A DNA stretch of 50,670 nucleotides from a virus (lineage: Duplodnaviria; Caudoviricetes), in the IMG/VR virus record IMGVR_UViG_3300030620_000009, positions 1-50,670 of that record. The stretch is one strand, 5' to 3'. The translations under genes and the position numbers were made by a program. Positions 17,097 through 24,453 of the stretch are shown here, in pieces. A model generated the notes under the pieces. The model saw only the letters and a list, made by a program, of their open reading frames with translations. It did not search any database and was not told the DNA's origin. The stretch's first letter is position 1. Every line of letters begins with the position of its first letter.

Positions 17097-17551
17097 ACAG
17101 TCCAGATTGGGGATCGCTAGAATCGATCCAGAAGCAGGCACACGAGATTGCGCAGACACATGGATGGTGGGACACCGCAGACGACTGCAATGTCCCGACT
17201 AAGCTAGCTCTGGCAGCCGGCGAGTTGGTCGGCGAGGCGCTCGAGACCTTCCGGGCCAACAAGATGGAGTTGTACTACCAGTACAAGAACCCGGAGACGG
17301 GTAAACTCCAGAGGATCACGCCGGAGATCCATGCGGAGATGCTTCGGCAGGAGGCGGCGCTTCAGGAAGGTCAGCGGCAGTATAAGCAGGGGGATTTCAA
17401 GCCAGCAGGATTCGGGATCGAACTGGCGGATGCAATCATTCGAATTGGGGACCTTGCTGAGTGGCTCGACATTGACCTTCAGCAGATGGTTCACATCAAG
17501 CAGAACTTCAACAGGACGCGCCCAATGAGACACGGAGGCAAGAAGGTTTGA
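17093..17551 (+). CDS. MazG-like all-alpha NTP pyrophosphatase
   Basis: KLALAAGELVGEALE...IELADAIIRIGDL...NRTRPMRHGGK. Confidence 0.85.
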   Translation: MNSPDWGSLESIQKQAHEIAQTHGWWDTADDCNVPTKLALAAGELVGEALETFRANKMELYYQYKNPETGKLQRITPEIHAEMLRQEAALQEGQRQYKQGDFKPAGFGIELADAIIRIGDLAEWLDIDLQQMVHIKQNFNRTRPMRHGGKKV

Positions 17552-18069
17552 CGTCAATCAGCAAGACGTTCGACTTCCACGCTGCACACCGTCTTCCCAA
17601 CCACGACGGGAAGTGCCGACGCCTCCATGGCCATACCTACCGTGTTGACATTATGATCACGGGTAACATTATCGACACGGAAGGCGACAGTAGCCAGGCA
17701 ATGGTGATCGACTTTGGAGTCCTGAAGGACATCTGGAAGGGGTTCGACGAACACCTTGATCACCACGCCCTCCTCTGGGACAAGGACCCCCTCGTTGATC
17801 TTATCAACGCCGGCGTAGGAAGCTTGGAGGAGTATGGAATTGAGGTTACACCAGTTCCACCTACTGCTGAACACATCGCTGAGATGATCTTCCGAAACCT
17901 GTGGGCGGCACTCGCTGAGCGGCCAGAACCTGTTATCCTGGACGCTGTCCGTGTCTGGGAGACTCCAACCTCGTGGGCGCTATTCGACGGTCGGCACATT
18001 CACATCATTCAGGGCTACGACCCTGGTGCCCCTGAGGGTGACCGAACAGTTATCAGCAAGGTGAACTAA
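17548..18069 (+). CDS. queD: 6-carboxytetrahydropterin synthase
   Basis: FHAAHRL...CRRLHGHTY, DFG, LDH, PTAE, VWETPTSWA. Confidence 0.95.
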   Translation: MTSISKTFDFHAAHRLPNHDGKCRRLHGHTYRVDIMITGNIIDTEGDSSQAMVIDFGVLKDIWKGFDEHLDHHALLWDKDPLVDLINAGVGSLEEYGIEVTPVPPTAEHIAEMIFRNLWAALAERPEPVILDAVRVWETPTSWALFDGRHIHIIQGYDPGAPEGDRTVISKVN

Positions 18070-18839
18070 TGACCACCGATGAGCGTCGATTCGCGGTGGT
18101 GGAGATCTTCGGGCCGACTCTGCAAGGAGAGGGGGCACTAGCGGGAGTGCCTTCACACTTCATCAGGTTTGGTGGATGCGACTTCTCCTGCCACTGGTGT
18201 GACTCCGCACATGCTGTCCTGCCAGAGAACGTACGTCAAGCATCCAAGATGCTGACTGATGAGATCATCATTGCCGTCCTAGAGCTCCGGGATCTGTCGG
18301 CAGATTGGGTGACCCTTTCTGGTGGTAATCCTGCACTGCATGACTTGGGCAAACTCGTGGAGGCGCTACACTCCCTACAGTTCAAGGTGGCAGTCGAGAC
18401 TCAAGGTTCAATGTGGAAGGACTGGCTCTCCTACGTTGATCAGCTTACAGTTAGCCCAAAGCCACCGAGTAGCCGAATGTCCAATGAGTACCTGCCAACC
18501 TTCATGAAGAAGGCTATTGGGGTGGAAGGTAAACACTACACCGATGTACACTCCGAGCGAGCAACCATCTGCTTGAAGGTGCCGGTGTATGATGAGGACG
18601 ACCTCGACTTCGCACTTGGCGTTCATTGGTCGTATCCGGATGTTCCGTTCTACATCAGCATCGTGACCGAAATGGGAGGACTTCGTGGGGACTTCGCCGA
18701 CGGAAGAGTCGACACCGCCGAATCGCTCCTCACCCGCTACCAGCGTGTCGTCCAAGACGTCCTCCGCCGTGGAGTCTCCGACGTCCGAATCCTTCCGCAG
18801 CTCCACTACCTCATCTGGGGGAATCGAACAGGTGTCTGA
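18069..18839 (+). CDS. queE: 7-carboxy-7-deazaguanine synthase (radical SAM)
   Basis: EIFGPTLQGEG, CDFSCHWCD, SGGNP, VETQG, VSPKP, LPQLH. Confidence 0.96.
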   Translation: MTTDERRFAVVEIFGPTLQGEGALAGVPSHFIRFGGCDFSCHWCDSAHAVLPENVRQASKMLTDEIIIAVLELRDLSADWVTLSGGNPALHDLGKLVEALHSLQFKVAVETQGSMWKDWLSYVDQLTVSPKPPSSRMSNEYLPTFMKKAIGVEGKHYTDVHSERATICLKVPVYDEDDLDFALGVHWSYPDVPFYISIVTEMGGLRGDFADGRVDTAESLLTRYQRVVQDVLRRGVSDVRILPQLHYLIWGNRTGV

Positions 18840-19407
18840 CGACGAACCCTTCGACAGCATGGTCAAACACGCAGATAGCATTCTGCAGATTCTGGTTGGC
18901 CCAACGTACAGCAGTGAGCACTTCAAGGACACACCGACAAGGTACGTCAGGATGTTAGCGTCGTTTACGCAGTACACGGAGGCTAACCTTGCTGCCATCC
19001 TCAAGGCAGGATTCGAAGAAACTCAGGACAACATCCTCGTTACCCAACGTCACATCCCCTTTGCAGGTCTTTGTGCACACCACCTACTCCCCTTCTGGGG
19101 AGAGGCCCGACTTGGTTATTTACCCCGGAAGCGGGTCGTCGGACTCTCCAAGTTGGCACGGCTCGTGTTTGCTGCAGGGCGTGTTGCGCCTGGTACCCAG
19201 GAACACATCACCAACCTGATTGCTGACACCCTCTACGACACCCTCGAGCCAATCGGGGTCGGGGTCATAACAACTGCAGCCCATGGCTGTATGGCAGTGC
19301 GAGGTGTAAATGCTCCACAGACTGTAACACAGGTCAATGCGCTTCGTGGCCAAATGCTCCTGAACCCGCAAGCGCGGGCGGAGTTCATGCAAACAGTACA
19401 GGAGTAG
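18832..19407 (+). CDS. folE: GTP cyclohydrolase I
   Basis: DTPTR, LCAHHLLPFWG, GLSKLAR, QE, HGCMAVRGV. Confidence 0.93.
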   Translation: MSDDEPFDSMVKHADSILQILVGPTYSSEHFKDTPTRYVRMLASFTQYTEANLAAILKAGFEETQDNILVTQRHIPFAGLCAHHLLPFWGEARLGYLPRKRVVGLSKLARLVFAAGRVAPGTQEHITNLIADTLYDTLEPIGVGVITTAAHGCMAVRGVNAPQTVTQVNALRGQMLLNPQARAEFMQTVQE

Positions 19408-19411
19408 AACG

Positions 19412-19816
19412 GTGCAGGAGAAGGACGAGACCAGTGGCGAAGACCAGCCTCAGGAAGGACAAGCCAGTTCGACGGAAGAAGCCACAGAAGGAGCGGCCGC
19501 AGGCACTCCGGAAGAGGCAGTCGGCGGAGAGACAGACCAGAAGGATAGTGAAGAGGGAGCGTCGGAAGCTCCTGAAGGAGGAGAGGACACTTCGGGAGAG
19601 GTTGGCGGCCCTGAATCCGAGGCAGAGGAAGCCGAAGGCGAAGGTGGAGACGACAGCGCCGACAGTGGATCCGACGCTGAAGGGGAAGGCGAGAGCGAAG
19701 GCGAAGAAGGAACTCCGGAGCTCTGTGGAGTCGACGGTTGTGTCCGACCACCCCACCCCGCGACGCCGCTCGCGCACTCCTTCGGTCGACAGACCGGCCG
19801 AGACCTCCTCGGGTAG
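19412..19816 (+). CDS. highly acidic protein with C-terminal Cys/His motif
   Basis: SD AGGAG after folE stop; TAG/GTG overlap with next gene; CGVDGC...H...H. Confidence 0.5.
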   Translation: MQEKDETSGEDQPQEGQASSTEEATEGAAAGTPEEAVGGETDQKDSEEGASEAPEGGEDTSGEVGGPESEAEEAEGEGGDDSADSGSDAEGEGESEGEEGTPELCGVDGCVRPPHPATPLAHSFGRQTGRDLLG

Positions 19817-19859
19817 TGTCAGCCAGCGAAAGGTACCTAGCCCTCCTAGAGGAGGCTAG
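19434..19859 (+). CDS. highly basic Arg/Lys-rich protein in overlapping frame
   Basis: open +1 frame with G-ending codons typical of this genome; purine-rich SD-like sequence. Confidence 0.35.
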   Translation: MAKTSLRKDKPVRRKKPQKERPQALRKRQSAERQTRRIVKRERRKLLKEERTLRERLAALNPRQRKPKAKVETTAPTVDPTLKGKARAKAKKELRSSVESTVVSDHPTPRRRSRTPSVDRPAETSSGSVSQRKVPSPPRGG

Positions 19860-20223
19860 TGACCTTCATACCCGCAAGAATCGTGGGTATGCCGGGGATA
19901 GCCCTGACCCCTGGATCAACTTCCGGGGGTCAGAGCGTCTTGGCATTCCGGCATCTGTAGGTTGCGTCATAAGGCTCCAAGACAAAGTTGCACGTGTCGA
20001 GAACCTCATCCGCAATCCAAACAACGATCAGGTCAATGAGTCCATTCGGGACACACTAATGGACCTGGCAGCCTACAGCTACATTGCCATCTGCTTGTTG
20101 GAGGAGGAATGGGCAAGAGAGGAATCAACGTTCCCGAAGACCTCTCCTGCGTCGGACAATACTACCACGACTCAACCGTTGAGGAGTACTACGCCAGTGC
20201 TGCAGATCGGGACGCCAGAGTGA
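19816..20223 (+). CDS. DUF1599/nucleotide-modification-associated domain 1 (all-alpha NTP-PPase-like)
   Basis: KNRGYA...DPWINF...RLQDKVAR...ESIRDTLMDLAAY. Confidence 0.8.
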   Translation: MSASERYLALLEEASDLHTRKNRGYAGDSPDPWINFRGSERLGIPASVGCVIRLQDKVARVENLIRNPNNDQVNESIRDTLMDLAAYSYIAICLLEEEWAREESTFPKTSPASDNTTTTQPLRSTTPVLQIGTPE

Positions 20224-20340
20224 GTCAGCTGCAGTCGCTGGGGCGCTTCCCGGTGCGGTACTTCACAAGCAGCAACGTGCGTTTGGGGTTGACTAGTGTG
20301 TGGGGTCTCCGTTGGACTGAGCCGCGAGGGGAGGACTTGG

Positions 20341-21132
20341 ATGCAATTCGCGCCGGTAGCTAACCTGGCCGGCTACGATCGCCTTGAGGAGTTGGGTCTG
20401 CTTGGAAGTTACCATCTGCTTATTGCGACCGAGGTGGTCAAGGACGTTAGCGCATGGGAGAACTTCTGGTTGGTCCGCGGACCAGTAGATGGAGACCCCG
20501 AGCGCTTCGTTATCATGGACAATGGGCTGATCGAGACAGGCGTTCCAACTGACCCGCAGACACTGAAGGAGGCGGCAGATGCTGTAGAGGCTACCTGCAT
20601 TGTCCTTCCGGATGTTCTGCGGGACTACCACAAGACCCTGAAGGTTGTGTCGGCAGCACTGCCAGAGCTGCAGCGAACGGGATATCCGCTGATGGGGGTG
20701 GTGCAAGGGCGTACATGGGAGGAAGTTGACTACATTGTCGACTTCTACCAGCGGGTTGGAGTTCAGTTTCTTTCAATCCCACGTGTGATGGTAGAAATCT
20801 TCGGATCACGTGTTCCGCTGGTTCACCGCTTCCGACACCGTGGAATGCCGATCCACCTGTTGGGGTTCAGCGAGAACATGTGGGACGATGTCGTCTCTGC
20901 GACCATGTCAGGTGTAATAGGGCTTGACAGTGCGGTTCCCTTGTGGTACCACACATCACTTCCCGAGAGGCCACCTCTGAATGCCGACTTCGGTCGTCGC
21001 CCAAGAGACTACTGGACGACCCCAGGAGATGCGTTCAACTACGACAATGTGGGGAAAGTACGACAGTGGCTGATAGATGCACTGGATGCCCGTACACAGG
21101 AGGAGCGGCAGGGACACGTGGTGACCCCTTAG
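20341..21132 (+). CDS. divergent TGT-fold deazaguanine transglycosylase (DpdA-like)
   Basis: IMDNG, VLPDVL, MGVVQG, LSIP, IHLLG, LDSAVP in TGT motif order; within preQ0 cluster. Confidence 0.75.
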   Translation: MQFAPVANLAGYDRLEELGLLGSYHLLIATEVVKDVSAWENFWLVRGPVDGDPERFVIMDNGLIETGVPTDPQTLKEAADAVEATCIVLPDVLRDYHKTLKVVSAALPELQRTGYPLMGVVQGRTWEEVDYIVDFYQRVGVQFLSIPRVMVEIFGSRVPLVHRFRHRGMPIHLLGFSENMWDDVVSATMSGVIGLDSAVPLWYHTSLPERPPLNADFGRRPRDYWTTPGDAFNYDNVGKVRQWLIDALDARTQEERQGHVVTP

Positions 21133-23450
21133 CTCCGGTCTGTGTCGTTGGAGAAGCACCTGGGGCGGAAGAGCTGCGCACTGGAGTTCCATTCGTCGGG
21201 CAGTCTGGGCGGCTACTCTCAAGAGCACTGATGAAGGTTGGTATCGATGAGGGTCAAGTCTACTTCACGAACGCACTCCGCTGTAGACCTCCAATCGGAC
21301 AAGCCCCGCCGAGGGAGGCGATTGAAGCGTGTCGTTCCCGTCTACTCAGTGAGGTGGGCAGTACACAACGCCGAGTTGTTATCGCCCTTGGCAACTCAGC
21401 AGTGCGCTCGCTACTCAATAACCATTCGCTCAAGATCACGGCGGAGCGTGGTAAGGCTTTCCCGTCCGAACGGGGCGTGGTCGTTGCAGCTCTCCACCCC
21501 GCAGCAGTTCTTCGAGCTTTCGGAGAGTATCCTCGCTTCCTTGCCGACCTTCGTTACGCAGCTGGCTTCCTTGACGGCCAGCAGATCAAGTCTCCTGGAA
21601 CAACCCGCTGGGACCTCGTCACCCCCTTCAACATTCACCGTGTCGTAGACGTCCTCCTCAAGCAGCCCCACCTTGGTGCTGACGTCGAGACCGGCGGGTT
21701 CAATCCAAGATCTGACCTGCTTCTGGTCCTCTCGGTTGCATGGACCACAAACAGGGTTGCTGTCTTTCCAATGCATCACCCACTTGATCGAGAGCGCAAC
21801 CTCCTCGAGCCTTACCACCCACTCGGGCACTCATTCTGGAAGCTCATAAGATACTTCCTTGAGGCCCAGGGACCGCGGTGGATCTGGCACAATGGTAAGT
21901 TCGACACTGCGTTCTTCCACACCTTAGGCATCGACGCTCGGGTCGACGAAGACTGCATGTTGATGCATTATACCCTCAACGAACAGCGCGGCACACACGA
22001 CCTCGCGCAGCTGGGTGGAGATTATCTTGGGGCTCCCAACTGGAAGGATGCAATGGCTCAGGAGGCCATCGCGAAGGGGTACATCAAGAGCAAGCAGGAA
22101 TCATTCGCAAAGATTCCACCATCGATCCTGTACCCCTACAACGCCCGTGACGCAGATGTCACACTACAGCTGTTCCACGAACTGAAGAAGGTGATCACCA
22201 AGCGGCGGAACCTCGGTCTGCCGAAGTTGTATGAGCACCTCCTGATCCCATCTTCCAAGTTCCTCCAGGAAGTAGAGCACACTGGAATGTGGGTGTCGAC
22301 TGAGTACTTAGATCAGGCAGATGAGGTCTACCAGGCACGCGCTGAAGCCGAGCGGTACGACATCCTGAAGGTTGTTGAACCGTTGTGGGACCCACAAGTT
22401 TACGCCAAGACAACGGGTGCTGTCAAGGTCCCTCTGGTGTTCAATCCCGGTAGCCCCAAGCAGAAGCTGTACATCCTCCGTGACGTACTAGGACATCGCA
22501 TTGTCAACACACGTGCAGCGACCCTCGAGGCACTTCCGAAGAACGATCTCGTTGACGCCCTCATGAAGTGGATGAAGACCAACAAGGTAATCACCACCTA
22601 CATCCGTGGAGTTCAGGAGCGCATCGATGAGGATGGGCGAGTTCACGCTACGTATCTTATCCACGGAACTACGACGGGGCGTCTCTCTTCGCGGAACCCC
22701 AATATGCAGAACGTCCCTCGCGACCCGTACGTCAGGAATATCTTCCAAGCTCCTGAAGGTCGGATCCTTGTGGAGCTTGACTACAGTCAAGTGGAACTCC
22801 GGGTTCTTGCAGTCTTCTCGGACGACGCATTCCTGAAGAGTGTTTACCGGGAAGGCCGTGACCTCCACGACGAGGTGTCCACTGCACTCTTCGGTCCCAA
22901 TTTCAGCTCTGAACAAAGAATCAGAGCTAAGTTCCTGAACTTCGGAATCGCTTACGGACGCGGCCCAAAGTCAATTCACGAAGAGTTCGGAATGCCTATT
23001 GAAGAGGCATCAAAGATGATTCGTGATTGGTTCAGAAGGGCACCTCAAGCCGCTTCTTACATCGACGAATGTCGTCGAGCTCCTATAGAAGGGCGTCAGC
23101 TGAAGACTCCCTTTGGACGTAGAAGGCGTTTCACCTTGGTGACGCGGAACAACCTGGTCCCCATCCAGAATGAAGCCGTCAACTTTGCCATTCAAAGCAC
23201 TGCCTCAGATTTGACCCTTTTGAGTGCAATAAGGATGCGAGATCGCTTGGTCAATAAGTGGGAGGCTCACGTAACGAATCTCGTTCATGACTCAATTCTG
23301 GTGGAGGCTCCTGAGGATGGGGACTTGGATGGAATGATCGCTTACGCCAAGGAGGTCATGCAGCAGTTGCCGACCACCATTCTACATACCGACGTCCCCT
23401 TTGAGGTGGACGCTAAGGTGGGGAAGAAATGGGGAGACTTCAAGGGATGA
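21066..23450 (+). CDS. family-4 uracil-DNA glycosylase domain fused to family A DNA polymerase
   Basis: UDG: CTGC, GEAPG, PFVG, TNALRCRPP, LHPA; Exo: DVET, HNGKFD, YNARD; Pol: DYSQVELR, RAKFLNFGIAYG, VHDSI. Confidence 0.93.
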   Translation: MADRCTGCPYTGGAAGTRGDPLAPVCVVGEAPGAEELRTGVPFVGQSGRLLSRALMKVGIDEGQVYFTNALRCRPPIGQAPPREAIEACRSRLLSEVGSTQRRVVIALGNSAVRSLLNNHSLKITAERGKAFPSERGVVVAALHPAAVLRAFGEYPRFLADLRYAAGFLDGQQIKSPGTTRWDLVTPFNIHRVVDVLLKQPHLGADVETGGFNPRSDLLLVLSVAWTTNRVAVFPMHHPLDRERNLLEPYHPLGHSFWKLIRYFLEAQGPRWIWHNGKFDTAFFHTLGIDARVDEDCMLMHYTLNEQRGTHDLAQLGGDYLGAPNWKDAMAQEAIAKGYIKSKQESFAKIPPSILYPYNARDADVTLQLFHELKKVITKRRNLGLPKLYEHLLIPSSKFLQEVEHTGMWVSTEYLDQADEVYQARAEAERYDILKVVEPLWDPQVYAKTTGAVKVPLVFNPGSPKQKLYILRDVLGHRIVNTRAATLEALPKNDLVDALMKWMKTNKVITTYIRGVQERIDEDGRVHATYLIHGTTTGRLSSRNPNMQNVPRDPYVRNIFQAPEGRILVELDYSQVELRVLAVFSDDAFLKSVYREGRDLHDEVSTALFGPNFSSEQRIRAKFLNFGIAYGRGPKSIHEEFGMPIEEASKMIRDWFRRAPQAASYIDECRRAPIEGRQLKTPFGRRRRFTLVTRNNLVPIQNEAVNFAIQSTASDLTLLSAIRMRDRLVNKWEAHVTNLVHDSILVEAPEDGDLDGMIAYAKEVMQQLPTTILHTDVPFEVDAKVGKKWGDFKG

Positions 23451-23725
23451 CGGGAGATCGAGCAGTACGACGCCTCAAGTCGCGGCCAATCGGGGCGTAC
23501 AAAGCCCCCAAGACCAGGTACCTCTGCCGACTGTGCAGCTACCACTGCGACTCCCTGAGTGCGGGCTTTGCACACTCCCAACTCCTTCATGGCCCCTGGC
23601 CAGCCGCCGAAGGAGGATCAGCCGGAGCGGCGTACGCACTCAAGCTCTCCGCGCAGGCGCGAGCGAATGGGGTAGCACACCCACGTGGCGGCAAAGTTCA
23701 CTTGCCACAGTGGCGAAGTAATTAG
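23447..23725 (+). CDS. small protein with C2H2-type zinc finger
   Basis: YLCRLCSYHCDSLSAGFAHSQLLH; ATGA coupling to polymerase. Confidence 0.55.
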   Translation: MTGDRAVRRLKSRPIGAYKAPKTRYLCRLCSYHCDSLSAGFAHSQLLHGPWPAAEGGSAGAAYALKLSAQARANGVAHPRGGKVHLPQWRSN

Positions 23726-24444
23726 TCTGTTCGGACGGTCAGTGACACGACTAGGTCGGATGTCGATGTGTAGGTAGGTGTACCACGAGCTACCAGGACT
23801 CCGAAGAGTGAAGTACCGGGCAGCACGTAAGGATGGTCAAGTACCTTCGTCGCAACTGAGTTGTCACTGAAGTCTGCGTAGTCTGTTGCTTCGATCGGAA
23901 CAACACCTACACAATCCGCAAGCTCGGCATCGGTCGGATCGAAGATGAGGTTGTCCGTGGGTGCAGCAGGTGCAGCAGCGAAGAGAACCAGGTCGAGAGC
24001 TGCTATCTGCTGACCCTTATCGACGATCGTGACTGACTCCAGCAAGCCGGTTAGGATGCCGGTCCGCGCAACGCCTGCAAAGGTAAGGAGGGCTCCGACT
24101 GCGTCCTTGGCGGTGTAAGCTACTCCGCTGGAGATCGTAGGGGTTTGCGCAACTCGAACACGACGCCTCTGTGTGTCTACAAACAGGCGACCTTCAGCAT
24201 CGACGATGAGGGGTCGAGCCGTATCTGTTCCTGTTCGATCAACACCACCCGCTACAACAATCCCATCGGAGGCAACGAATTCATCGGCGTCCTGATGTGT
24301 AGCTGCACCTTGCCAACCGGCATCCTGATCAAGACCGACATCCTTGATGCCGATCATCAACTTCACACGAGCAATTCCATCGTCGGCGTATCCGGTATCC
24401 GTAGACTGCAGGTCGGTGTTCTTGATGGATGCTGGTCCTGCCAT
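23722..24444 (-). CDS. probable virion/tail-associated protein
   Basis: last gene of structural arm; SD GGAGAGG; beta-rich. Confidence 0.6.
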   Translation of the reverse strand: MAGPASIKNTDLQSTDTGYADDGIARVKLMIGIKDVGLDQDAGWQGAATHQDADEFVASDGIVVAGGVDRTGTDTARPLIVDAEGRLFVDTQRRRVRVAQTPTISSGVAYTAKDAVGALLTFAGVARTGILTGLLESVTIVDKGQQIAALDLVLFAAAPAAPTDNLIFDPTDAELADCVGVVPIEATDYADFSDNSVATKVLDHPYVLPGTSLFGVLVARGTPTYTSTSDLVVSLTVRTD

Positions 24445-24453
24445 TTCCCTCTC

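Noticed and set aside
15909-19407. Host tRNA queuosine pathway (auxiliary metabolism)
   Set aside because: No queF, queA or canonical Zn-binding tgt; linkage to the polymerase points to DNA modification.
20943-21065. N-terminal extensions in the ORF track (polymerase, chaperone to 36032, terS to 50480, folE from 18685)
   Set aside because: They overlap upstream genes or promoters, and more plausible downstream starts exist.
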